The notes: generated from the sequence alone by a model not told the origin. A stretch of DNA of 64,000 bases from Harriotta raleighana (GCA_050575255.1 JBNZDD010013730.1:3929671-3993670), one strand, 5' to 3'. Positions 49,587-63,650 are shown, counted from the first letter of the stretch. Numbers and translations are program-made.

Positions 49587-52500
49587 CATTCAAGCAGGGA
49601 TGGTCATGTTATGTCACTTCCATACAAACACTTCATCTAGCATCTGAGAGCAGACGAAACTCACCTTAGGCAGGTCAAGTGACATTGAGTAACAGACAGC
49701 TCTGAGACTTGAGCACACAATCATACAGTTGGAAATCAGGTGTTCAAGCTAGTTTCTTCCTGCCTGTCAACAACTGCAAGTCAGTCCAGCAACACTCTGA
49801 ATAGATGGTGAGAATGCAAGGCTTCGGCATATGATTCAGCACTAACCACAGCCCAGTAATTGCAATGTCAGTTTTATCTGTTCCAAGTATTAAAGTAACA
49901 GCAATTTGTTGTTATATTGCGAAAGCGCAAAATATCATATAACTTTAATAGTGTTTCTCGTTGAGTTGTGTGTTTCAACAATCGTAAAGTACCACTTTAA
50001 CATAAGGAATAGTAAAATTGGACAACTTTAATAAATAAAGATTAATAATGTGACTAGTTGTGCTTATTTTCACGAGCATAAATAAAATGCATTTTTTTAA
50101 AAATCTTAAGTCCAGTATAACTGAGGTCAGAGTGTGAGGGTGGGCAACGCTATACTGTTACAGTAGAACAGTCAGCTCACTATCTGCTGGGGAAATAGAT
50201 AGACAGAACTCATTAATCTTCAATCCAGTATACAACACAGTCTGTGCTTTTATGCACCTGCACAAGCCTAAAGTAATTACAGGAAGAGACTATTAGTACT
50301 AGAGAGCTTCAGCAGGGATGTCACTATCTTCTTCTGTCAGGCCATTGATCGGCAACTGATTAGTGGATGATTTTTCTCAGAAGAATAATTGTGTTTATGT
50401 TATTGTGGGCTTGCTGACCTGGGGGTGGGACCCATATCTTTCAGCTAACTCTGGGTCTTTGTAAGAGTCCTATAGCTCTTTCTAATCAGAGTAATGAAGT
50501 GGAACCTGAGAAGGATGATTGCTTTGCCACCTTTTATTCAGCAGCACAGTGAATGGACCAAACCGGTGTGGACTACATCTAATATTTAGATTTACTGGCC
50601 TCAGGGGAAAAACGCAAGACCCATAGTTTTAAGTTCCCTAAGGTAACTTATATGTGTAATAAGGTCAAAGCAATACAGTGCGTGTGTGGAAATAGGAAGC
50701 ATGAGCTATAATGAGGCTGACATATTAGCCGAGGTTGTCATATGGGGCAACGATATTGTTTTAAATCACTAGGCAAGTGATTTTTCCTTGTCCCTTTATT
50801 CATGTTTTCTTTCTAAAATTGCACACGTGCTTGTTTCGCCATGTGGAGACTTTTTACGTGGACTTAAATGGAGTGTGAGTCACACAGATTCGTTTTCTTT
50901 CTCTCCTCATTTTTCCACTTTCAATAGTCCCTGTTTTTTTTAAATTCAATGATTAAATAAAAAAATAAAGCCAGAAACAAGAGAGTGGGTGATATCTGCG
51001 GTGTAAAGTTTGGTTTTTGTGCACCATCACACTACAGTTTTGCAGATTTTACATAACACCTACAGGGTTTTATACCTGCCCTGGGATTTTGCATTCACAG
51101 AACTGAGCTGTTCTTTTCTTTCTTTTGGCAAGGCTCAATTTCTGCTGCAGAGAAGCTGAAAATAACCAGCTGAGCTCATTAGTGGATTAGGTGCTGTGAT
51201 GAATCTGTGTGCTTTGTATGAGTTCTCTCTCCACAGCCTGATAGTATTCCTTCTGGAGAGCAATTACATCTGATTGACATGTTTTGATGAGCCACCTCCC
51301 CCAGACTCCCTTTCACAAAATAGGTCTACATCAAGGACACTGGCCTTTCTTTAAGCCATTAACAAATATCTGCACATCTTTTCAAATTGTTAACTACCTT
51401 TTAAAATGTAACTCGAAACAATTAAATGATAAAATATGGATGAAGAGGAGTACATGGAGGTTTCACTTTGCAGGTAGTTCTGAGGTCTGTTGCTGCTGCT
51501 ACCAATGCACTTGCAAATATTCAGGCAGAAACACTAATAGGACTTCTGTGCCAATCACGGCATTGTTTTAGTGAAGTTTCAAGGTCAGTAGGTGTCCCTG
51601 AAACCCCTGTCAAAGAGAAGTGGTGAGATTGTCTCGTCTTTTAGGCATTTCAACTCTATGAGTGCAGAAGCAGTCAGTTGACAGAAGTTTACCATCCATT
51701 GGGTGTTAATGCATTTGTAAGCCCTCGAGCAACAATATTAATACACATTTTAATGCTTTGTGCATCATTATCTGGCACCAGCCCAATAACAGAAGACACA
51801 AGCAACTGAAAAGGGTACAGATCCTTGGGGTTTACAATTGTTGTTGGCCACAAATGAGGCAAAAATATGCCAGATTTATTGTAAAATTTTACATTAGTTG
51901 TCCATGTGAACTCAAGGCTGGGGAATATTTCACTGAAGTTGTGACAGTGACTTGAATGCTATTTTCCGACATTGAGAAATAGCCGTAATTTTGTGTTTAG
52001 AACTACACCAATTTATCAATCTTGATCTTCGCTTGTAAATATAATTTATTCACAAAGTGTAAAAACAGTCAAAATCCTACATTTAACATTTTACTGTTAT
52101 TACTGAATTCAGGGGTTATTAATTTTAGAGTGAGGGGTTAGGACTAAACATACACTTATGAATAAATTATTGTGTTTTTTTTAGTAAATTCAAGATGACA
52201 TAATCCCAGGCCTATTAGTGAAATGGCTCTCCAATACCTGAGTCAGTTTACGGACACTGCCAATTTAACGAAAGCCATTATCCGATAATGGAACATTCCT
52301 GCTAAATGAGAACAAAATGGAAACAGCAAATTATTTTGTATAACTAATCCGATTGTTTTGAGTTTGCATCCTTGTTAGACTAGTACATGGATCCTCTACT
52401 TTGCCATTTTTTGCATCTCGAGATAGCTTTGTTTTAATGTGTCGCCACGGTTTCTATTACTTTCTGCAGTTACCAATTGTCAGCAGATTAAATATAAAAG

Positions 52501-52660
52501 AGGAATATGGAGCAATTTGCAGTCTGTAAAATCTTTTGGGGGTGATTTAAAACTTGCAGGAAGTTGTGAAGTCGAAAATTCCTGCTACAATTTAATGATG
52601 ACTAGCAAATGGATAAATGAATTGTACCAAATGGGTTATTTGCTCTGCAGAACAAACTGG

Positions 52661-52849
52661 TTGCATTTGATATGGCGCTTTTCGTGTCTTTTAGATGTCG
52701 TGTCGTGTCTTCTAGAGGTCTCAAAGCGCTTCACGGAATAATAATCCCTCAAAATAAAAATTGGTCATTTCAATCTGCGACCGTTTGTCGGACACTGCTG
52801 TGCGCAATTGGCTGCCACGATTTGCCCACAAATATAGTCAAATCACTTT
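52661..52849. mobile_element. Internally inverted SINE
   Basis: Tail on the minus strand (52661-52740) joined to the body on the plus strand (52737-52849). Confidence 0.85.
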
Positions 52850-52948
52850 GGAAGTGACATTCGGATACTCTGTTGGACCACTGAAATTGGACCAGGGAAA
52901 TTAATATAAATACACCGAAGTATTTTAAGGATGTAATGTACTTTAAAT

Positions 52949-52962
52949 CCACTAGATGGTGC
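52949..52962 (+). promoter_or_regulatory. CTCF-like motif (forward)
   Basis: CCACTAGATGGTGC, with TGTAAT 11 nt upstream resembling the upstream module. Confidence 0.55.
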
Positions 52963-53519
52963 TTATTACTGTTCCTCCTGAAATGACTTGGGCTAGATAG
53001 AAAAACCTATTTCAGTTTGTCATCGCAAAGCAATAACAATAACAGCTTCGCCCTAACATGGTGGTGTTTTCCTAAGAGAAACATTCAAGATAAATCACTT
53101 TGCATTAAAACCACAGCAGCATTAAAGAGTGGTACTATAATTTGTGGAGCCTGTGATTACATTGCCCATTTAGGGGCTGAGTACACTTCCATCTGACTGG
53201 GTCATCTACAGCGAATTTGAACAGCAAAAATGAATGCAGATTTACTTGTGAATACAGGCATGACACATGCCTTATTTAAACAATGTGATCCGAATGTCAC
53301 TGCCTTCCAATTGTAAATTGTTTCCTCTCGCACCTTCCAGCTTTTGGGGTAATCAATACTAAATGCTAAAGTATTGAATGCTATGTGAATGTGAATGCTA
53401 AATGATAGTTTAAAATGTGAATGTTAAATGATAGTTAGAATTAATGGTTAAGAAGAGCTCCCTTTCAGTATTGTTTCCCTGTCACCTTGGTTTGTTTGTA
53501 ATCTCCAGTGACAGTAAAA

Positions 53520-53525
<6 letters not shown>

Positions 53526-53557
<32 letters not shown>
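53526..53557. repeat. (TG)n microsatellite
   Basis: Direct reading. Confidence 0.95.
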
Positions 53558-53559
<2 letters not shown>

Positions 53560-54039
53560 CATTTTGCATTTAAAAAGTGAAAAGAGAACATTATCAAATC
53601 AAAAATAAACTAGAGTAGATGTTTTGGAAAGAAATGTGACTATAGAAAATTGCAGGAAGAGGTGATAATCTAATGATGAAACGAATGAGTAGGACAGCAT
53701 TGTAGCATTCATTATCAAGTTGCCTCTCTGCAAAATCCTAAAAGCTAATTACCTGAGTGCTCTTCATAATTGCACACCAACAGCACTGCGTAATGTGGAA
53801 ATTAATCTTTGCAGGAAAAAAATGCCCTTCACTGAGTGAGTAAACTTTCACATACTCTGCTTGAAAACTTTGTATCATACGAGGAGGCAAAAGGCCTAAG
53901 TCAATGTATTATATGCCATCCTCATTGAGTTACAGTACTTTTCTTTTCCTGATGTTGAACATATTGTTTGAGGGTTTTTTACCTGGATTAGTGCAGAGCT
54001 GCTTCACACTATATTCCACACAATCAAGGAACATTTACA

Positions 54040-54820
54040 CGTTCCCCCATAGGACCATCGTCCCCATCCGAAGTCTCCAATTGCTCCCTATTCTCCAACT
54101 TTGAGATTAGCATCTTCACCATGACCTTGTACTATCCCGTCTCTGTGATCTCGTACAACATGACTCCCCTGCTCACTCCCTCTACTCCGCAATCAACAAC
54201 TGCTTGTAACTCTTTCAGAAAATCCGCCTGCCTCGTCCTTGTTTTCAAAACATGGTTGAAGAGTTACCCCTTTGACTGTGATTGAGNTAGGACCATCGTC
54301 CCCATCCGAAGTCTCCAATTGCTCCCTATTCTCCAACATATCAACTTTGAGATTAGCATCTTCACCATGACCTTGTACTATCCCGTCTCTGTGATCTCGT
54401 ACAACATGACTCCCCTGCTCACTCCCTCTACTCCGCAATCAACAACTGCTTGTAACTCTTTCAGAAAATCCGCCTGCCTCGTCCTTGTTTTCAAAACATG
54501 GTTGAAGAGTTACCCCTTTGACTGTGATTGAGGCCATTCCTCCTCCTCCTTCTACACCCACCCCCCCACCACCACCACCACACACAGCCTTGGCTCCCTC
54601 TCAACCTTTGGCTCTTGCTCAACCTTAGCAAAAGTTCTTTGAGATGGTCTCCCACTACACAAGTAGGCCATTCCTCCTCCTCCTTCTACACCCACCCCCC
54701 CACCACCACCACCACACACAGCCTTGGCTCCCTCTCAACCTTTGGCTCTTGCTCAACCTTAGCAAAAGTTCTTTGAGATGGTCTCCCACTACACAAGTAT
54801 AACTGCTTGTGGTTGTTGCT
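54040..54820 (+). mobile_element. L2 3' end containing two internal duplications
   Basis: LQLLPILQHINFEI and FKTWLKSYPFD are L2 C-terminal motifs. 54050-54286 repeats after the N at 54287, and 54531-54664 repeats at 54665-54798. Confidence 0.75.
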
Positions 54821-55799
54821 CCAAATAGGCTGAGATATTTGTAAAAAAAAAATAACCTGTGCTCACAGAATCACATGGAAATGCAATTAATCAATTCAGC
54901 AATTGATCGTTTGAAAGCCTTTTGCATTATATCATTTTTGTTTAGAGGAAAGTTAGTGTTTGCTCTTAAATCGTGGAGCTGTGAAGCATTACGCATGAGT
55001 TAAACACGTCTTTGGCATTTATGTCACAAAGCAGCCATAATTTGGGGATATAAATAAGAAGGCCTTTAATATAATATAATATACCCAGGTTGTGAATTCT
55101 GACTTGTTTCCCTGTTGTTTAATCAGCATTAAATAGGGCAGAATGCAAGTGTTGGTCCCAATACCATTTACAGTGGATGTTGGGGATTAGGGAGGCGACA
55201 TTTTGAAATCCCTTAGGCATGTAAAAGGCCATTAATGTAATTGATATCTATATAAAATGAGTTAAATTTGACATGATTAAAATAGACGATACATTTTGTA
55301 AGATCAAGCATTAACTGCTTCCTGGGCTTGATCCCTAAGGTAGGCGTATCAGCTGTCTTACATTCAAATATAATAGATTCTGTAGCAAACAATTTTTATT
55401 ATCAGTTATATAAAGAATAGCCAGGGTTCTGATGAAGCACTCACACTGATCAGTCTACCCTGCCATCAATAAACACTTTTATATTAACTTTTGAAAGGTG
55501 ACAAAAGCTGATGTTAAGAGCTGTTTCATTTCATTTGAAAGTTAAGATGCATGTGAGTTAATATATATGTTGTTTCACTTCCTTGATCTTATAGCATGCA
55601 ATGTTCTTTTACTGGCATGTTCATTCAGATAAAAATATGATTCAAAATTCAATCAAGTTATCATCTTGAGACGGGACATTGTGGGACCTTAGAAAATATC
55701 CATTTTCTTTCTGAGGCAGAAATTGAAATAACCAGCTAATAGTTGTAAAACTGAGGCAGGTACTGAAAGCTGTGCAGATGAAGGAGGTAGACAAAGTCT

Positions 55800-57520
55800 C
55801 AGTGTAGACAAAGGGTTGTTGAAGTGATGAAAAGGTTTGCCATCAAATTATATAATTGATTTAAAGTACTCCAAGATGAACTGTTGAGACCAGACGTACA
55901 GCAAAATAAAGACTTTTGTTTGAGCAATCGATCCAGCAAAGAAGAATTAGAGAATAGAGAAAATAAAAGCTCAGAAAGAACGAACCAATGCAGCATGTAA
56001 AAGCGAAGCCAGATAAATGGGGGAAAAAACAGGAGAACACATCAGAAAGTTGTGCAGTGCTTTCATGACGCTATGAAGATTTAATTAGGTGTGAAATGGT
56101 CTTAAAGAAAAGACACAAATCTTTGGCCAGTCCAAAAACAAAATTGTAAAACAAGACAAAAAATAATACTACTGCATTTATGACTCTGCAACAGTGTTTC
56201 TTGGTCAACCAGGTGACCAAGGTTTACTAGTGAAAATGAAATCAAGTGAAGGAATCCATTTAAAGGGAATGCATCTTCAAGGATTCCAAAATGATCAAAA
56301 CCATGGCTGAAGTTAGAGGAAACTATAAAATTGGGTATCAATGTAAATAAGATAAGATGGCAGAAGGTAACAGCAGCAATCGAGAGGCTAACAGAATAAT
56401 TATTCTGTTATTGGAGTTTGATGATATAGTGTAAATCCAATCCTAAAGAATCGGAAAATCGAGGAACAGAAAATAATAGTCAATGATCGGATATATAAAT
56501 GATAGCAAAGTTACTGAAGAAATCCAAGCTGATAGTTTGTGACGGTGGGAAGGTGATAAATCACTGAGTGTATGTGGTCAGGTAATGGTTTATTCAACAT
56601 TCTAAAAAACACAGGAAAGTATTGATGCTATTTGAAGATAAGAGAAATACAAACAGGATTGCACAAAGTATATTCATATATAGACCAAATATTTGTGTTC
56701 AGCTTACTAATGGCAAAAGCTATTGAAAACCAAATGAGTTTGTATTGAACTTTGACTTGTTAAGAGCTTTGAAAAGTGAACACCAGGTTCACCATGGCTG
56801 TTTTGGGACTTTGTAGAACCCAGAAGAGACTGAGGTTATCAAGAATTATGTATAAAATGTCATGCTGCCTGATAGTGATCTAATAGATGACTTCAGTATA
56901 GAAACAAAATTGAAATAGGATTTTTTTTTGCGTGTCTTTGATTCAGTCCGTTATTTGTCTGATAGTTTATGTTGACGGCAACATTCAGTCGTAATGACAT
57001 AAATAGAACAACTGAATTTTATGAGTAATGCCGCACTGTTCTCAGTCGATGAAGCAGATACTAAGACAAATAAGTTGGAATAGAGAGAAACAAGCATCAG
57101 TTGTTGAAATTCAACATGCAAAAAGCAGAAACAGCTATGATTATCATAAGTGCACAAGCTGCCAGGATAACTCTGTGGGAGAAAACTACAGTATCTTTCA
57201 TCGGAGGAAATAATATTGAATGATGAGTCACTAAAGACAGAGAACTACATTGGTGAACTTATGGACTAAAAGGGAAACAGGTATCAATATGAAGATCAAA
57301 GTGTTGAATAAACTAACACCAATGAGACTTGACTATCTTAGAAAAACCTGGGCTGTGGCGGAGAGACAAGCTGAACGTGAATTGAGGCAAAACACTTTGG
57401 ATGTTTTCTAACAGAGCATTGGGAGAACATTAACAAACTATGAAGTTCAGACACGGAGAAAGTTCCAAAGCCAAAGACAGAACAGTTGAGAAGTTCAAGG
57501 GAACAAGATGCAGACATAAC
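55800..57520 (+). mobile_element. Highly decayed Gypsy-like gag-pol remnant
   Basis: A-rich tract with ordered peptide relics KRFA..LQDELLR (gag), MKQILRQISW..HKCTSCQ (integrase Zn finger) and YEVQT..QLRSSRE (pol C-terminus). Many stops and frameshifts. Confidence 0.45.
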
Positions 57521-57973
57521 AATATTAAACGGCAGATTGTGTGACTGGCTGTTTAATAATATTAAAAACAGACACTCACCTAGAGTCTTTTGTGGGCAGC
57601 TTCTCCCCAGCCCAATAGAAATTGTTGTGGAAGACAACAATTTCACATCACTATTCAGCTGGGAGTGAAGTTCTCCTGACAGTATCAATGGAGCATTAGG
57701 ATGGTTTTACCCCTCAGAGACAATGCTTTCATCCATAATTTTTAATTGAATTCAAACTCAAGACCAAGAAATGGATGAATAATCTTCTAACCCATCGTAA
57801 TCTCCAGTATGTGCTATTCAGTTTGGTACAATACTAACTTTACAATCTTAGCATCAAGATCTATTGAAAACAAAATAATTAAAAGAATTATAATGAATAT
57901 TAAGCATCCTTTTGTATTGGCCCATACCATTCTGATGATTAGGGGCAACGAGGACAACTGATGACATAATGAC

Positions 57974-58295
57974 AATAATAATAAACCTTGCATTTGATAT
58001 AAGTACAACAACAAAATTATATTTACAGAGCACCTTTCACATCAAGAGGATATCCTAAGGGCTGAACAATCAGTCTTCAAGACCCGAACGGGGGTGGGAG
58101 ATAGCTGGGATGGCAACAGAAGGCACGATCGAAGAGGAGGCCTTGAAGGCAGCAAGGGAGGAAGCGAGGTGAAGTGATTGTGGGATGGAGTTCCAGAGTG
58201 TTATGATATAGCTCCTTTTCATGTCTTCGAGACATCTCAAAGCGCTTCACAAAATAAACTGTAGATTTTGTGGGGAAAAGTGTCCCACAAAGAGT
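57974..58295 (-). mobile_element. SINE tail interrupted by an L2 3' end (58002-58203)
   Basis: TGATATA is duplicated at 57995-58001 and 58204-58210, and the SINE tail resumes in register. Confidence 0.8.
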
Positions 58296-61084
58296 TCATA
58301 ATAATCTGCTTTATAATCTGTATTTCTTTATCACTTGGTGATACAGAAATATAATCGCTCAGAAATGAGAAATCTCAAAGTACTTCTCTGGATATTACTG
58401 TGAAGTGGACTGTCGCTCTACATGTAGGCATTTGAAGCAAGCTATTTATGCTCAACAGATATGTATATATATATATATATATAAAGATATATATGAAAAT
58501 TCAACATATATGGTGTCATGTTGGCTCATACTCAGAAACCATTCCCACATCGTGAGTGCAAGAAAAATAAAATGGAGAAGTGGTTTGTCCCCATCCCACA
58601 TTTCTGTTGCCATTCATGCATTTAAAAGGTACATCAAGCCAAGTAGAGCTTGGCTTGATCCACAGTAAAACAGTGGCCTAATATGATCACAAAGTAGAAG
58701 TAAAACTTTCAGCATCACGAACAGGCACAGGATTATCAGACTGAGCGATTCAAAAAGTATTAATAAATATGAGAACAAGAAATATAATCAGTAATATCTT
58801 ACTATTTACTGAACAAAATAAAATTACTTTGCGGTTGCTATGGGTGCAGTTACCTGAGCATCCTTAATCTGGAGTTATTGTCTATGCTTATATTTGACCT
58901 TTTATGAATGATTTTCAAATTCCTCGGCATTATTCATATTTTTATTATATATTATGTACACACAACACAAGCAATAAAAAATTCTTTACTCAGTAATCAT
59001 TGATCAAATGGACAATCTCCTCTTTTATCCAATATTAATTCTCAAAACCTTACTCAATAATATTCCACAGTGCAGACTTTTATTGATATTTTTATTTGCT
59101 TCAGAGTAATGTTGGTGTCATCAAATTACAAAGCAATGTCCCTTTCCATGCATTGCTCATTGTCATTTGAAGACCTCACTTATTTTGGTTAAGAAAAAGA
59201 AACAGGAAATCCGTTTCGATAGAGGAAGGCCATTCAGCACATTGATCCTAAATTGTGTTGTACTCATCCACTGGAGTTGACTACTCTAATCCAATTCCCA
59301 TTTAAGTTTTTCTTCTTCAAATGTTTTTCCAATGAACAATTCTTAATTGTAAGTTTATCCCCCAGTCAAAAGATACTTTCAAACATGACGTTTGGTGCAC
59401 TAATTCCCTTAGACTTAGGAGAAGTTGGTGAGAGGAGGGGTGGGGGTTGGATAAGTGGTTTTTATGGCCTATGGCAGTTTCCTAAAATGAGTGATTTTTA
59501 TTACGCCAAATGTCATTGTAAATACATAACCTATGCATCAGTTTGTCATTTCACCAAACCCCATTAATCAAGGTAAAATGTTCTCAAAGCATCTCTCTTA
59601 GGAGTTTGGATGGAAACTGATGAACCTTTGACAAATCAGGAGGTACAAATTCCCGTACTTCAAACCACTCAAAATTGCAATGAAGTCAAACAAGGATATT
59701 AATTGCTTATCATGCAACACATTCTGATAGAGTGTGAGAGCCGCAACATTGGTACTTTGTTGGTACTTTAACGCAATCCGTACGATATGCAATGGAAGAG
59801 GTTACCCTGAAAAGTCTCATACAGGTAGAAGGACTGTGTGCTTGACCGTGATCTATTTTGTCACATGGATTTGGCCAAGAAATATATTTTTTCAAATAGG
59901 CAGCATTCTGCAAATAATATGTTGGGGGTCAAATGATTTTAAGCAACACATTTTAAGGGAATCAGACAAAGAGTTGTGAATTAGGGACAGTAGTGCAGAG
60001 CAAATTGGGACACCTGATATTCACTTGTAACTGAGCTGCTTTCATCAGCTCGCCATACAAATGGATTAAACTGTAGTTATTTTGGTTTGCAAACCTCTTG
60101 TCTAAAAATCTTGCATAGCAAACATATTTTTGCAGCAAGGTAGGACTTTCAAGTCCAGTAATTTAATTCGACCCCTCCTCGGGCTGAATGCTCGTTTATT
60201 TGACTCATTAATAAAATGGACTTGGATAAAGTGAGTAATTCTACATGCCATTCCACTTTACTGATTTGCTTCTCTGGCTGCTGCTTCAATTCTCTCCTTC
60301 CTACTGTTTGTGGACTACTTTTACTGCATCATTAGGCACACTTCCAGGGTGTACATATGGAATTACTTTGTCATGTAAGCACATGAACACAGCGTGAATA
60401 ATTAACTCTGGAAAATCAGGGTTATTGCTGCCATTGTTGTTCTAGTTGAGATGTGGTGATAGCACAAGTCAATTACTGCTAATATATTGCCTGGCATTGA
60501 TTCTATCTTTCCATCTTACCTCCCAATGTTAAGAGATGTTCGAGTAGATAGTTCCAGTGGGGAACTAGTGGTGAGCTTTTGCGTATGTGACATGTGCAAG
60601 GGCGCTAAGGAGCTATAATTGTGCTATTACGGAGAGGATCTACCAGCCATAACCAAGGTGGATAAAATGATGCATGTTACCCGCCATGCCATTTTCTTCT
60701 GTCATTGTAGATACCCCAACAATGACTCATCAACCCAGAGAGATTGATCCCATTCAAAGTTTACGGATGTTTGTCAAGGTCTGACTTTGCTCTGGAAGAA
60801 ACATTTTTTTGGGAAAGGATGTTTCTAATTCAATGACGATACTTTTCTTTTTGTGAAAAAAAAGCTTTTCTTTTCTGGACAAATTGCCTGGAGATTGAAG
60901 CAGAGAGATTGCGATACGCACTCGATTGCTTAATATTTGAATAGCTTGTGTTGTAGACCACTGCAACAATGGGAATTAGCATATAGACACAGCCACATTA
61001 ACTTGTGCCCTTGTTCACGAAAACACAGGAAATGAAGTCTAACACATTTGTACAAACAGAGACTAATATATATCTTCCTAAATG

Positions 61085-61309
61085 GAAATACCAAAAATGT
61101 ATTATAATTTGAGACTACAATATGCGAGATGCCCTAGCTTTGATGTGGATCTAAAAGAGTCGATGAAAGATATATAGTGGGTTTTCTGTATTCCTCNGAA
61201 ATACCAAAAATGTATTATAATTTGAGACTACAATATGCGAGATGCCCCAGCTTTGATGTGGATCTAAAAGAGTCGATGAAAGATATATAGTGGGTTTTCT
61301 GTATTCCTC
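61085..61309. repeat. Duplication around a single N (probable assembly artefact)
   Basis: 61085-61196 versus 61198-61309, with one T/C difference seen. Confidence 0.85.
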
Positions 61310-62344
61310 GACTGCCTGCAGTTAGATACCCAATAGGGGAGCAGCTAAGGGGATAGGAATATATTCACTGTGAAGAAGTACTGTACATACAAAATGGGCA
61401 AATGGGGGAGGGTGGAGAATGCGTACCCCTTACAAATCATCCAAAAGCTCATGGGATCAGCAATGAGAGACATACAGGGAGGTGGAATTACCCCTGATAC
61501 CAAAGCCATCATGCTACCGAAAGCTACACAACCTAACTCAGCCCTTCTGCTTCTACCATCTCTCTCTGTGATCTGCACCATGGTGTCAAAACCTTGATGA
61601 CCGTTTTCAGTTTTCAGGAAGTTCAAACATAATCTGGACATAATCTGCGATATTGGTAAAAGACTTTTTCATTGTGATTTTCCAAACCTGCCAAAGTGTG
61701 GGGAAAAAAAACGTTTTTGTGTAAATATCTCAAATTACATCCCAGTCATGGTCAAAATAAGGCAAACCCTCAGTAACAGTTAACACATTCAATGTTATAT
61801 GGTATTTTATTAATGTAACAACAACAACTTGCATTTATATTGTGCCAGTCACGCAGTGCAGTTTCCCGGAGCGCTGGCTTCCAGTTTAGAACTAATCTAA
61901 TGCTTCCAAACTGCATTGGTGTGAAAGTCTCAGAGGTTCAGATATCCTCAGGTAGAAATAAAGAATGGATAGATAGAGTCATAAAAGAAACATGAATGAG
62001 ACAAGTTAAAAAGGAAGGGTAAACAAAAGAAAAACAAAGAGACTTGAAGAGTGTGTTAAAAAAAGCATTAGGTACACACACCCTGCTCTCGCTGGCACTC
62101 ATAATACTAAGAGATCTATTTTTTAATGAGTAGTGCTTTGTGTGAAATTTTCTAAAGCTCTCTCCCCTCTGTGGATCCCTGATGTTAAGGAAGTATCATG
62201 CTGTAGTTTGCTGTCTATCTATCTGTCTCTCAAAAACAACTTCACCGGATTTCTCATTGCTGAACCTTAAGCGATGTCATGTACAGTTACATCAGTCTTT
62301 GAGAAAAAACACTTTATATCTGCTTGGCAACAACAAGTTGGATT

Positions 62345-63650
62345 TACAACAACTTGGATTTATATAGCGCCCTCCACGCCAGACGCCGTCTCAGAGTGCT
62401 TCACAATAACGGATCCCGGGGCTGAGCCAGTGGGAAGGGGAAAAAGGTGACCAAAAGCGAGGTCGAAAATAAGTCTTTAGGCACGACCTTAAAATAGGAA
62501 AGGAAGGTGACGAGGCAAAGGGAGTGAGGAATGGAGTTCCAAAGTCTCGGGGCCAAGTGGCTGAAGGCAGGGTTGCTGACTATGGAATGGAGGATTCGGG
62601 GGACAAGAAGGAGGCCGGATCCGGTAGAGCGAAGGCAATGGGTACTGTTATGAGCAGAGAGGAGATCAGAGAGGTAGGGGGGTGCAGAGGAGTGGAGGGA
62701 TTTGAACACAAGAACGAGGATCTTGAAATCGATCCGCTCCGAGACAGGAAGCTAGCAAAGTCTGGCAGGGACTGGGGTAATCGGGGAGTGAAGTTTGGTG
62801 CGGCGGGAATGCAGGCGGCGGAATTTTGAACAAACTGGATTTTATGAATGTTGGCGAAGGGGAGACCAGCGAGGATGGTATTGGAATAGTCCAGCCGAGA
62901 GGTGAGAAAGGCATGGACCAGGGTTTCGGCAGCTTCTGGGATATTGGCGAAGACGGACGATGTGTCGGAGATGGAAAAAAGCGGTGCTGGTGAGGGACCG
63001 GATGTGGGGGAGGAAGGATAATTGGAGGTTGAACCTGACGCCTATGTTGTGTACGGGTTCAGAGAGTTTTAGGAGCAGGTCGGGTAGGTGGAGGAGGTGC
63101 GAACCGTGGGATTCAAGACGTCAATGAGAGCCAAAGAGTATGGCTTCCGTCTTGTCAACATTGAGCTGAAGCAAATTTGCGTTCATCCAGCTCTTGATGT
63201 CTGGCAGACAGGCTGACAGAATATCGGGGGACTGGGTTTCGCAAAGTGAGGTGGAAAAGTAAAGCTGGGTGTCATCCACAAACATGTGGACGTGTACCCC
63301 ATATCTGCGGACCACATCACCAAAAGGGAGCATGTAGCTAAGGAAGAAAAGGGTGGCCAAGGATGGATCCTTGGAGTACCCTGCAGGGAACCGGGTAAAA
63401 GCGAGAGGAAAAGCTGTTAGTAGAGATGTACTGCTGGCGGTTAGTGAAGTAGGACTCAAACCAGGTGAGTGCAGGCCCACTGAGCAGATGATGGAGGATA
63501 AGCAGTGGAGGAGGATAGAATGATCGACTGTGTCGAAGGCGGCAGAGAGGTCCAGGACAACAAGGAGGTGGAGGGAACTCTAGTCACAAATAGAGAGGAT
63601 ATCGTATGTGACTTTCACAAACGCAGTCTGTTTCTGTGAGTGAGAATGAG
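62345..63650 (-). mobile_element. 5'-truncated L2 LINE with disrupted reverse transcriptase
   Basis: TAFVKVTYDIL, LLVVLDLSAAFDTVDH, FVDDTQLY, WMNANLLQLNVDKTE, FKSLHSSAPPYLS and AFSHLAPRLWNSIP, then a (TTG)n tail. Frameshifted. Confidence 0.95.

Noticed and set aside
63121-63480. Functional reverse transcriptase gene
   Set aside because: Part of a 5'-truncated, frameshifted L2 with stops and no endonuclease domain.
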